In this document: positions 45,201-53,385 of the stretch, piece by piece | Position numbering within the stretch: position 1 is the first letter of the stretch | How the letters are laid out: the number at the start of each line of letters is the position of its first letter | Assembly: GCA_964535955.1 (NCBI GenBank) | Contig: CAZHVK010000003.1 | Location: 1-64,000, forward strand | Direction of reading: 5' to 3' | Source of the DNA: an uncultured Methanosarcinales archaeon | GTDB taxonomy: Archaea; Nanobdellota; Nanobdellia; Woesearchaeales; CAXGTL01 | Length of the DNA stretch: 64,000 nt | The notes under the pieces: model-generated | Seen by the model: the letters and a program-made list of their open reading frames with translations, nothing else | The model's database searches: none | What the model was told of the DNA's origin: nothing | Made by a program: the position numbers and the translations under genes

Positions 45201-46763
45201 TAGTTTATCATATTGTAATTCGCCTACATCACCACAATAATCAAGATCAGCACCACAACATTGGACAAACACACCTGCATCATCATGTCTATCACATAAA
45301 AATGTTGATGCTAAATGTTGAGGAGTGTTTTTTATGTTTTCATAGTTAACAGCAGGGACTATACAGACTCCAGGATTACAATCATAATCAATACCATCCC
45401 CTCCACATTTGTCTGCTCTTCCAGGATTTATTTGTTCAGCAATACCTTCTCTATCATAAACCTCATAATCATCATCAGGAAAGTCATCACAATCATTTTC
45501 ACCTAAAGTAAAACCATCATCATCACAATCACAATCATTAATATCATCACCAAACTCTTCACAACATTTAATATATTCAGGATTGTAAACATAAGAAACA
45601 TGACCAGTAATATCTAATATTGAAGATCCTGTTCCTCCTAATGAACTACCAATATCATTCAATGAAGAACCACTACCAAGATTAATACCAGAATCAACAT
45701 CTTCTGGATGAACTAAGTAACCACCTGGTTGCAATTTATTTTCATCTGGCAAATCATTAGGTGAAATCCCTTCTGCATCAGCATCAGCATTATCAACAAG
45801 ACCAGGCATACACACAAACCATTCTTCAGAATTAGAAACAGCATCATACTCATTATTATCATCATCAGCTTCTATAGTATTAATTATAAAATCTTCATCA
45901 TAATTTACCCACCTATAAGCATAATCTTCAGGATTAGTTTGTTCATCACCTAATGCAGAATCAAAACAAAGTTTTCCACTGTATATCATACCATTATCTT
46001 CAGGATCATTATTACCACAACATCTTTTATCTTTATCCATATCTTCAACACTCCAAAAAACACTCTCTTTAATTCCAGGAACAGCAAGTTGATTGATATC
46101 TGTTAATTCATGAACAACTGCAGCACACCTGCTAGGATACATTTCTTCATATTCAATATATTCATGAGAATAAGGCAATTTACAAGCCATTCTATCAGCA
46201 TTGATTCCAGTAAGAAGGTTTGTATCTTCTGTATCACATTCAATAACACTTCCAAAAGGATATCTAGAACCAAGATTGCCATAAAAAGGATCTTTCATTT
46301 CTTGTCCTTCTAATATAACATAATAATTAAAATAATCTGTTTCAGGTTCTCTACCAGGCCCCACATCAAACATTGTTTTTACAAGAGCACAACCAGCTAC
46401 AAAATCATTATTTTCAGAATCAATACATGACATTCTACATTCTATTTCAAGTGCATTACTATGACATTTTGCATCAGGTTGAGTCTCTTCAACATCATAA
46501 AAATCAATATAAGCAGGATAAAATAACACAGGAGCAGAAATATAAGCCGGGTTACGAGAAAAAGGGTCTTCACCTCTTACCATAACAACATCCATTCTAC
46601 ATCCAGACACAGGATCAGATCCACCATGAGACTTTCTTCTACCTTCTGTACAAAGATCACTAGGAAAATAAGAACCATAAGAATAAACAAATAAACTACA
46701 TAAAATTAGTAACAATATTAAAATAATTAAAATAAATGCTATTTGTTTCTTGCGATATTTCAC
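39258..46763 (-). CDS. Giant (2501 aa) secreted Cys/Asp-rich surface protein
   Basis: GTG start with GGGGTAGGT SD; N-terminal hydrophobic helix; DCDD...INPG....C.DGIDYDC metal-binding-type motif; many DxDxDG Ca-binding/TSP3-like repeats; C-terminal Cys repeat block. Confidence 0.85.
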   Translation of the reverse strand: MKYRKKQIAFILIILILLLILCSLFVYSYGSYFPSDLCTEGRRKSHGGSDPVSGCRMDVVMVRGEDPFSRNPAYISAPVLFYPAYIDFYDVEETQPDAKCHSNALEIECRMSCIDSENNDFVAGCALVKTMFDVGPGREPETDYFNYYVILEGQEMKDPFYGNLGSRYPFGSVIECDTEDTNLLTGINADRMACKLPYSHEYIEYEEMYPSRCAAVVHELTDINQLAVPGIKESVFWSVEDMDKDKRCCGNNDPEDNGMIYSGKLCFDSALGDEQTNPEDYAYRWVNYDEDFIINTIEADDDNNEYDAVSNSEEWFVCMPGLVDNADADAEGISPNDLPDENKLQPGGYLVHPEDVDSGINLGSGSSLNDIGSSLGGTGSSILDITGHVSYVYNPEYIKCCEEFGDDINDCDCDDDGFTLGENDCDDFPDDDYEVYDREGIAEQINPGRADKCGGDGIDYDCNPGVCIVPAVNYENIKNTPQHLASTFLCDRHDDAGVFVQCCGADLDYCGDVGELQYDKLRIAGSLSTTLKDFDYQEDFSYVGSGSVEGTTIGLSIKAFKQEDDNVVEDLSKNKIAEFRLKNYEVQQTFPYSIVYIEDDENTENNGGGDGGGDTEGVENDETTNNRKFAFPIFIEKKVGVDDFNSDAVIHDFSKYDYLEFFYKTQKNYVLKLRINSPNDQGDLISIDFDVKDYIVSSPGINKWMHVVIPIKQGEQNIKDRFGVDLNNVESLVFLASIKNVIDAHDKYLKINNEEYYNIISFDRISLKYKDETGNNKYCIANKYLEDNSNTERIWINDLDSDKKDNTVDGSSVGQFACVETPSYTWTGTQCCGNDQGLGGNEFYTDTDGGCWLGQIITHGLRIGNVEYEVGEIDSDNPLKKSYVCEDSGVVGNQECFYPVTNKINGNYNIGVVSNDYELYVRKKGLGYELIGGETSTNEDFAMIRASNVPFQITYDTDIGTDIDSVDDDKKKFFICSDDNDFNDFKQLSGLSDDEIVKKDFCSISGDFFCSYSNPPINAPEWSDDAFVSRIWDSGAVIPANQRTETKQIPKKFYLQDEDVDDIDVSGYNDCAGLINNDVLDEDESDKCVTIPKELFEYHFPKNINAGEFGTDTLYEKGCCPKEYCFNGYKCVDGINDQSFTGVGDGTYFARSPDSFSLGQDKWGLKYFEMVGFDQFVCYYDPVSEQADWERTYFKQSFDKQRNGYCLSNDQCWDNECIDPGYWTDDNYCNNGEWISRTKLIAEKLLEIGLRNDNTGDSFAMFCDDYTNTLNYYDYIVPDLASLEGFLGGIGSQVKGVNNFCVLVYPTDEQREVIIGVSLNKKDNELQPTLENFLRIMPGADIGSCEGAPNLGNYFECSTSGATDDSLWFNRKTGSVIYSRYGVLVESGLPAITKFKNWVEHPITTLVKLVKKIFFRFSYDEDAREFELLDSVDDYNSVYLARNKDRNVLGHKEVLSDDTGILTITFENFNTDVCSKLYTNTAYDADCVVNVTDTVSENNPKPVYIVTALKPDNFIMWHDGTSKLRLHDFDFETHGAYEAVINIPGEGQQFDIYSGDDDDKLLLRAAFEINADGFEENVQAYYWDIDADPNSEFVYGTIYGRVEDVNIRDAYGKNAEGYHLIKLIAVGYDGKYKVDKKLICVNDYQGSKEKYDADGDDIPNGCDIDDDADGICDYDYKGEGDGPGGPCDLYNGKIDNCPFVANGPEKGSCLYGVQEIFWGNTCLEDNECVHDTHGLGLCKKSQEFKPCEIDVDEDGINDAEDAFPNDPGASINTDKDGSPDDLHEGWTHDDIYEYDRLRKKTPLVEDIDDDNDGLLDGGLEEDIIFCKTKPDCDEDGLLDGRNVELSIADVDANDYYKKWININDYNIAYEEFDDSGDGVNDHYRFLGEISASTNSNQVDSDNDGIPDVNEIKPGSDFVRETSIFTSDYYLLEYSSIITLPNPNGADSDNDCLWDGDEITGDEIFAKDDYNNEQHKYQTNPINPDSDLNGGDGMSDGWELYHGFDPTDASDGCDDVDNVACDKDRDGMLNKDEFNCFKELKLPCKYDDVFEQGCDPNDADTDDDGYCDGAEDVVGACIAYLGVDDLGNLVPMPDPNPLSGNGPKILVDETEIIPLPIGTNNEVYFRNPNLNLGGISIKIKTNKESDCWYGLIEDDAKNKKNLMPIVQGTSDGKQKQARILLKDGENIVYLYCEDQAGGYPSEIYDFIKINYDKKRINVADRNIFGLLTTAQKEVTITTNRIGKCRIDVSKEKDEDINYLDLGQEMQALDDQGANANPNQGLQHKAQVDFADLIEEQKELCLQEDVVSDKVRLCLSTIGLDDSSCDYILNPDSKESCKELRSLVKVMKGDQNCEGVLHDEGYKSDAQIACEAIVADLDLQDMIFDDCTAQDEFANCKLYYHLGKAVKLSDTIHCDNIDELGINIGGEENNVFTSMSILCRRIIDGNANLCYNDCGYVFNGYHYLVKCEDPINKVVGDSAESLVNDWMENVFITEISFDPGSLS

Positions 46764-46955
46764 TTACCTACCCCTTTTTATATGTATATATATATTATAT
46801 AATCAATTTATAAGAACTTTATATATAAATCTTGCGATTTATAAGTATAATATAAGCACAAAACCATAAGATAAACTACAAAGTAAATAAGATAAACTCC
46901 AAAATATAACCCCAGAACAATAATATTTATAAAATTATAAACAAAGCCTAAATAA

Positions 46956-47867
46956 ATGAAAACAAAAAGGGATGATATTAAAAGAGTTGACATCAAGACA
47001 GGTTTTATATGCAATAATAATTGTATTTTCTGTGCTCAAGCACATAATAAGCATTTTAGTGATAGAAACTTTGAACAAATAAAAAAAGATTTGATTGAAT
47101 CTAGAGACAGATGCAATGAAATTGTTTTAACAGGCGGTGAAGTTACAATAAGAAAAGACTTCCTTAACATTGTAAAGCTTGCAAAAGACCTTGATTATAA
47201 AGTAATCCAGATACAAACAAATGCTCGTATGCTAAGCAGTCTAGATTTCTGTAAAAAAACAATAAAAGCAGGTGCAACAGAATTCAATCCAGCAATTCAT
47301 GGTTATTGTTCAGAACAACATGATTATTTAACAAGATCACCTGGAAGCTTTAAACAAACAATTAAAGCAATAAAAAACCTAAAGTCATTAGGAGCCTATG
47401 TTCTGACAAACACAGTTATTGTCAAATCAAATTACAGAAATATACCACAAATTGCAAAACTTCTTGTTAAATTAAAAGTTGACCAGTTTCAGTTTGCATT
47501 TGTCCACCCAATAGGGAATGTTCTAAAAAACTTTGACAAAATTGTACCAAACATAACAATTGCAAGCAGATACATACAAAAAGGTCTAAAGATTGGAATA
47601 GACAAAAACATAAAAGTAACATCAGAAGCAATTCCGTTTTGTTTAATACAAGGATATGAAGATTATATTGCAGAAAAAATAATTCCAAACATCGAAGTAA
47701 GAGGTGAACAACACCAAAACATGGACGATTTTTCAGATCAAAGAAAAAACACAGAAAAAACAAAATTCAAACAATGCAATGAATGTGAGTACAACAAAAT
47801 CTGTGAAGGTGTTTGGAAAGAATATGTTGAAAAGTATGGTGATAAAGAGTTTGTTCCTGTAAAATAA
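46956..47867 (+). CDS. Radical SAM protein (HxsC-like, His-Xaa-Ser cluster associated)
   Basis: CNNNCIFC, LTGGEVT, IQTNAR, EAIPFC, C-terminal CNECEYNKICEG. Confidence 0.88.
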   Translation: MKTKRDDIKRVDIKTGFICNNNCIFCAQAHNKHFSDRNFEQIKKDLIESRDRCNEIVLTGGEVTIRKDFLNIVKLAKDLDYKVIQIQTNARMLSSLDFCKKTIKAGATEFNPAIHGYCSEQHDYLTRSPGSFKQTIKAIKNLKSLGAYVLTNTVIVKSNYRNIPQIAKLLVKLKVDQFQFAFVHPIGNVLKNFDKIVPNITIASRYIQKGLKIGIDKNIKVTSEAIPFCLIQGYEDYIAEKIIPNIEVRGEQHQNMDDFSDQRKNTEKTKFKQCNECEYNKICEGVWKEYVEKYGDKEFVPVK

Positions 47868-47898
47868 AAAGATAAATAAATATTACACCCAACACAAT

Positions 47899-47957
47899 TA
47901 GCTCCTGAAAAAATATGGGTGGGTGGTAGGGGGCATACTATAAGGATGGTGGGAAAT
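47899..47957 (+). promoter_or_regulatory. G-rich leader element, copy 2
   Basis: GGGTGGGTGGTAGGGGGC...GGTGGGAAAT, matching the element at 19604-19656. Confidence 0.4.
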
Positions 47958-47971
47958 AAAACAAAAACAAG

Positions 47972-49009
47972 ATGAAACCAAAAAAATACAAATGGATATC
48001 AATAACAAAACTTTGTAATAATAACTGCCTCTTTTGTCTAGATGGAAATGAAAAAAATAGAAAACATAGACCATTAAAAGAGATAAGGCAAGAACTAGAA
48101 AAAGATATAAAACAAAATATAGAACAAAACACAAGACAAGATACAAAAAAAGAAACACAAAAAGAAATAAAACAAGAAAACAAAAAACTAATCATAAGTG
48201 GAGGAGAACCAACAATCCATCCAGGTTATATAGAAGTAATTAAGTTAGGCAAAAGTCTCGGCTATAAAAAAATCCAAACAATAACAAACGGAAGAATGTT
48301 TTCATATAAACCATTTCTTGATACAACAATCAAAGCAGGGCTTAATGAAATAACATTCTCAATCCATGGTCACACAAAAGAATTACATGATGACCTAACA
48401 AGATCACCAGGAAGTTTTGATCAAATAATAAAAGCAATAAAAAATGCACAAAATGCAAGCTTGTTAAGCAAAAGTCTGTTTAACAAAGAAATAATAATTA
48501 ATACAGACATTGTGCTGAACAAAAAAAACATAGATCAATTTCCAGAAATAATAAAATTCCTCATAAATCTAGGGATAAAAGAAATAGATGTTCTTCAAGT
48601 AATTCCTTTTGGTCATGCATGGACTAATAAAGGCATTATGTTATATAACATTGAAGAAAAGATAGACACAATAAAAAAAGGTTTTGACATTGCAATCCAA
48701 AACAAGGTTGTCTTATGGACAAATAGGTTTCCTCCAGAATTTCTCAAAGGATATGAACACCTGATCCAAGATCCAAGCAAGATCATAGACGAACTTGAAC
48801 AAAGAAAACAATATTTTGAACAATTACTAGAAAAAGATGAAACTCCACCATGCTTTAACAAAAGATGTAGATATTGTTTTTTAAAACTTGCATGTCAAAA
48901 GATATTTGTTGAAAAACAAACAGTAATTAACAATAATATAGATATTGAAAAAATAGAAGGCTGTCTGAGACAAGAAATAAAAAGAATAAAAGAAAAGAGT
49001 GGGAAATAA
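47972..49009 (+). CDS. Radical SAM protein (His-Xaa-Ser cluster associated)
   Basis: CNNNCLFC, ISGGEPTIHP, QTITNGRM, FSIHGH, IPFGHAW, C-terminal C....CRYC.....C. Confidence 0.88.
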   Translation: MKPKKYKWISITKLCNNNCLFCLDGNEKNRKHRPLKEIRQELEKDIKQNIEQNTRQDTKKETQKEIKQENKKLIISGGEPTIHPGYIEVIKLGKSLGYKKIQTITNGRMFSYKPFLDTTIKAGLNEITFSIHGHTKELHDDLTRSPGSFDQIIKAIKNAQNASLLSKSLFNKEIIINTDIVLNKKNIDQFPEIIKFLINLGIKEIDVLQVIPFGHAWTNKGIMLYNIEEKIDTIKKGFDIAIQNKVVLWTNRFPPEFLKGYEHLIQDPSKIIDELEQRKQYFEQLLEKDETPPCFNKRCRYCFLKLACQKIFVEKQTVINNNIDIEKIEGCLRQEIKRIKEKSGK

Positions 49010-49016
49010 AATAAAA

Positions 49017-50735
49017 ATGAAAACAAACAAATTTCATAATTACATCCAAATAACAAGAAGATGTAATCAAGAATGTGTATTTTGCTCAAATCCTTACATT
49101 GATCAGGATTTAACATTAGAGGAGTTCAAAAAATTGATTGATGAATTAAAAACATTGGGATGCAAAGATGTGTTTCTTACAGGAGGGGAACCAACTCTAA
49201 ACAAAGAATTATTTGATATGATAAGATATTGCAAAGACATAAACATAAATGTAAAGATGATAACAAATGCACAGTTATTATCTAATGAAGACTTTTACAA
49301 AAAGATAATTGATTCAGGAATATCTACAATTCACATCTCAACATATTCGCATAAAAAAGAAATACATGACAAGATAACACGAAAAAAAGACAGTTATGAT
49401 AATTTGATAAAAGCATTGAAAAATATAACAAAAATAAGCAACACAACAAACAACATAATAGGTCACAAAAAAGTAAATGTGAATTTAAATATAGTAATAA
49501 GTTCATTTAATTACAATGAATTATCACAAACAATAGATTTTTACATAAAGAATTTTCCAACAATAAATCATTATTGTTTGAATTATATTGATGTTAATTC
49601 TGGAAGAGCAAAAGACAAAACAGAATTTGCACCAAGATATATATTAATTGAACATGAACTTAACAAATCATTACATTTATTGAAAAATAATAATAAAACA
49701 TTCAGAATAGAAAGAATACCATTATGTTATTTAACAGAATTTGAAGATTTAAACACAGAATGCAGAAAAATAGTAAAAAAAGAACAACATGTCATAAAAT
49801 ACACTAACAAAAACAACATAACATATCATAACAAGCCACCAGAGTATCACAAAAATCAATCATGTAAAATATGCAAATTAAAAAGAATCTGCCCAGGAAT
49901 TTATAACAAAGAAATATTAGACAGAAATGAAAATTATCCTGTATTTATTGATCCATTAAAAATAATATCAAAAATTCTAAAAAACAAAATACAATTTAAT
50001 TTTATACCATATGATAAAGCACAATCATATTATCTAAAAAATAAAAAGATTGATCCAAACACAAATATTCAAGAAAAAAATATGAATGCTGATTTATTAA
50101 AAATAACAGAATATTTAAGAAAAATATTAAGACCAAATAAAATTATTAGTTTTAAAGACTTAAAAGACAATACCATAAATGACAAGTTCAACATATTCAT
50201 AGGAGGGGAACATAAATTATCCAAAGATATAATCAACAACATCAAAGACATTCAAAAGATAATAATCATAGACGCACACCTAGACTTATTTCCTGATAAA
50301 AATGATCTTGGAAGAGCAACATGGATGAATAAATTAGATCCAAAAAATATAATACACATTGGAGGGCATTTAACAGAACATTACAAAAAAACATCAAACA
50401 AACTAATAACACAGGGTACGAAATTTTTTCCAATCAAAGATGGAAAAATACATTATTATAATAAAAATCAAGAATTAGAAAACTTTGATGAAAACAGGTT
50501 CCAAGAATTGATAAAAGACAAGAATGTTTACCTATCAATAGACATCGACGCATTCAACAACACTTTTGGTTTATACAAAAAACAGGAAAAATGTTTAGAA
50601 CCTGAGTTCATTTCTAAATTACATTTATATAAAACAAACATCATTGGTGCTGATATCATGGAAATTTCATCAAAAAAAGGAATTAATAAAATAAAACAAA
50701 TAATTCAAGAAACAATCTTGTCAAGGTGTTACTAA
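49017..50735 (+). CDS. Radical SAM protein fused to C-terminal arginase/ureohydrolase-family domain
   Basis: CNQECVFC, TGGEPT, ERIPLC, CKICKLKRICPG; then GGEH, DAHLD, YLSIDID, DIME. Start ATG 49017 or GTG 48999. Confidence 0.85.
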   Translation: MKTNKFHNYIQITRRCNQECVFCSNPYIDQDLTLEEFKKLIDELKTLGCKDVFLTGGEPTLNKELFDMIRYCKDININVKMITNAQLLSNEDFYKKIIDSGISTIHISTYSHKKEIHDKITRKKDSYDNLIKALKNITKISNTTNNIIGHKKVNVNLNIVISSFNYNELSQTIDFYIKNFPTINHYCLNYIDVNSGRAKDKTEFAPRYILIEHELNKSLHLLKNNNKTFRIERIPLCYLTEFEDLNTECRKIVKKEQHVIKYTNKNNITYHNKPPEYHKNQSCKICKLKRICPGIYNKEILDRNENYPVFIDPLKIISKILKNKIQFNFIPYDKAQSYYLKNKKIDPNTNIQEKNMNADLLKITEYLRKILRPNKIISFKDLKDNTINDKFNIFIGGEHKLSKDIINNIKDIQKIIIIDAHLDLFPDKNDLGRATWMNKLDPKNIIHIGGHLTEHYKKTSNKLITQGTKFFPIKDGKIHYYNKNQELENFDENRFQELIKDKNVYLSIDIDAFNNTFGLYKKQEKCLEPEFISKLHLYKTNIIGADIMEISSKKGINKIKQIIQETILSRCY

Positions 50736-51901
50736 TGCCTATAAAAATAGAAAAAGATAATAGACTAAAACATATAAGGCTGATGATTACAGAAAGGTGT
50801 AATCTTAATTGTAAGTATTGTTATCTCATAAATAAAGAACAAAAAGATATGGAATTAGAAACAGCAAAGAAAAGTGTTGACCTATTATTTGACCAACCAG
50901 GAAGATACAAAGAAATTTATTTTTTTGGAGGAGAACCACTGATAAGGTTTGACACAATAAAAAAAGTCATAGAATATGCAGAACAAGAAAAAATTAAAAA
51001 AAATAAAATAATTGATTATGAACTAAACACAAATGGATTATTGATAACAAAAGATATATTGGATTTTTTAAGACAATACAAAGTAAGGATTGCATTCAGC
51101 ATCGATGGAAAACAAGACACATTCATAGGACTAAGAGGAACTAAAGAACAATATTCACAAATAATAAACAATCTAAAATTAACAATAAAACACAATAATG
51201 AACAAGCAAGAGTTAGAGCGACCATTCATCCAACAAAAGTCCAGAATTTATTTTTTAATTTCGAATATTTATATGATCTAGGTATTAACAAGATTGCAAT
51301 TGGTCCTGCCCAAGGAATTATGTGGGAAAAACAACAAATTAAAGATTTTCATATAAACATTAACAAGATCATTGATTTTTATCTTGATAAGATAAGAAAA
51401 AACAAAATATTTTATGTAACTTTTATATCCGAATACATAGATTGCCTAACAAGAGAAGACAAAGAAAGATCATTGTGTTACTTAGGTGAAGGCTTAAATA
51501 TAGAAGTTGATGGTAATTTTACAGCATGCAGTTATTGCGGGCAGCTTGCAAAAAATCCAAAACTAACTCAATTAATGAATATAGGACACATTAACAAAGG
51601 AATAGACCAAGAAAAAATTAAATATTTTCTTAATTACTTAATCTGTCAGGATTTTGATTTAAATTGTAAAGAATGTAAACCATTATTATGCAACCATATT
51701 TGTTTTGTTTATTCACCTAATGGAGAAAAATACCCTCTTGAGTTCATGACAAATCATTACAAAACTAGAAAAGTTATGTACCTTGCAGTAAAAAATATGT
51801 ACAAAAATCTAATAAAAAACAAAGAATATAATACAATAAGAAAAATAATTTCAATCTCTAAAAACATGTCTGTAAAGAATTATAATAAAAAATTCTCATA
51901 A
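50735..51901 (+). CDS. Radical SAM protein with SPASM/twitch-like C-terminal Cys cluster
   Basis: ITERCNLNCKYC, FFGGEPL, NTNG, SIDG; CYLG....DGNFTAC...CKEC....C...C; TAATG coupling with the upstream stop. Confidence 0.88.
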   Translation: MPIKIEKDNRLKHIRLMITERCNLNCKYCYLINKEQKDMELETAKKSVDLLFDQPGRYKEIYFFGGEPLIRFDTIKKVIEYAEQEKIKKNKIIDYELNTNGLLITKDILDFLRQYKVRIAFSIDGKQDTFIGLRGTKEQYSQIINNLKLTIKHNNEQARVRATIHPTKVQNLFFNFEYLYDLGINKIAIGPAQGIMWEKQQIKDFHININKIIDFYLDKIRKNKIFYVTFISEYIDCLTREDKERSLCYLGEGLNIEVDGNFTACSYCGQLAKNPKLTQLMNIGHINKGIDQEKIKYFLNYLICQDFDLNCKECKPLLCNHICFVYSPNGEKYPLEFMTNHYKTRKVMYLAVKNMYKNLIKNKEYNTIRKIISISKNMSVKNYNKKFS

Positions 51902-51909
51902 CTAGCCTA

Positions 51910-52839
51910 TCAATAAGAAGAAGAGTTTACAATTTCTGATACACACAAACTTTTTTGTTCTTGTTCTAAACATTGTTTATAAAAATCAATATTCTTTCCA
52001 AAAAAATTATCACAATAATTTGTATTAAGGGCATTTTCACATTCTTCAACATCAAGATTAGTCAAAGCAAAACACATTGCTCTTACATCTGATTCTTCTA
52101 AATCAAAACAAAGATTACTAGATTTAAATAAAAAAGCACTAAACAATACATACAACTTTCTTTCCATAAAACCATATGAAATCTTATCAATTTTATCCAA
52201 ATTCAAAATATTCATATTACAAGCATTTTTAAGACTAAGATAGGATATCACATCACAAAAAGAACCATCATTGGAATCAAAAGCTTTTAGATAATTATAA
52301 ATATCCATACATTCAGTACTAGTATTTATTTGATCACAAAGATTAATATTTCCTGAGATTTTACTCTTACAAAAAATCATAGACTTTTCATCAACAATAT
52401 GATCACAAAAATTAAGATTGTTTGTTTTTATTGCTTTGCACCAAAAAATGTCAGCATCTAAATCATCACAAGATTTATCATTAACAAGTTTAACAAAACC
52501 CTGATAAGTTAATATAGATGATTTACACCTTTCAACAACATCATCGACCAATAAATCACATTGGTCTAAATCTTCATCAAAAAAAGCTCTGCATTCAAAG
52601 ATAGAATTAATTCTCTCTTTATTATTAACAAATTCACAATTTTCTAAAAATCTTGCTAATTCATCATATTCATAATTAGTTACATTATTTTGTTTCTCTA
52701 TTATTTGGCTATTGATTTTATTATATATCTTATTATTATCATCATTATCATCATCCACAAAATACAAAAATAAATAGCAGAAAAGAAACAAAATTAACAA
52801 AACAAACAACAAATTAAATACTTTTATTTTTCTACGCAT
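51910..52839 (-). CDS. Membrane-anchored Cys-repeat protein
   Basis: N-terminal TM helix; repeats of C.......N...CD.I.......C. Confidence 0.75.
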   Translation of the reverse strand: MRRKIKVFNLLFVLLILFLFCYLFLYFVDDDNDDNNKIYNKINSQIIEKQNNVTNYEYDELARFLENCEFVNNKERINSIFECRAFFDEDLDQCDLLVDDVVERCKSSILTYQGFVKLVNDKSCDDLDADIFWCKAIKTNNLNFCDHIVDEKSMIFCKSKISGNINLCDQINTSTECMDIYNYLKAFDSNDGSFCDVISYLSLKNACNMNILNLDKIDKISYGFMERKLYVLFSAFLFKSSNLCFDLEESDVRAMCFALTNLDVEECENALNTNYCDNFFGKNIDFYKQCLEQEQKSLCVSEIVNSSSY

Positions 52840-52963
52840 ATTATTTTACCTAGATTATACTAGAAAACCTCTTTTTTTATTTGCATATAAAAGCAAAAAG
52901 TAATAACAATAATAATTTAATAATAAAAATAATTTAATAATGACAATAATTATAATAAAATAA

Positions 52964-53326
52964 TCACATTCTACAACCACAATTACCATGGCTTGCATGA
53001 CTTGAATGACTTGAATGTATTGCATGATTATGTTTGCCAACTATTTCTTCTGCCTGTTCATCATAGTCCATAGACAATTCATTACAATGATCACCATAAC
53101 CAGCATTCATTTTAGGTGTAGTATATTCAGCTACTAATTCATCACCATTTTCATCATAAGTAATATGTGTACGAGGAACACAGTCAGCTTTAACACTTCT
53201 CAAACCACCAAGAGCAATTATGCTCAAAAGAACACCAGTCTTAATAAGACTTTCTTTACTTATCTTACCATCCTCTTTTGTTAAAAATGAAGCAATCTTC
53301 TTTTTTAGTTTAGGTATTGTATTCAT
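52964..53326 (-). CDS. His-Xaa-Ser repeat precursor peptide (HxsA-like) with N-terminal export/pilin-like leader
   Basis: C-terminus KHNHAIHSSHSSHASHGNCGCRM; directly downstream of hxsB; GAGGT SD before ATG 53326. Confidence 0.85.
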   Translation of the reverse strand: MNTIPKLKKKIASFLTKEDGKISKESLIKTGVLLSIIALGGLRSVKADCVPRTHITYDENGDELVAEYTTPKMNAGYGDHCNELSMDYDEQAEEIVGKHNHAIHSSHSSHASHGNCGCRM

Positions 53327-53385
53327 AATCAACCTCTTTTATTAATATTATTTAATTATTTACATCTTATTAGCTATAATCATTA

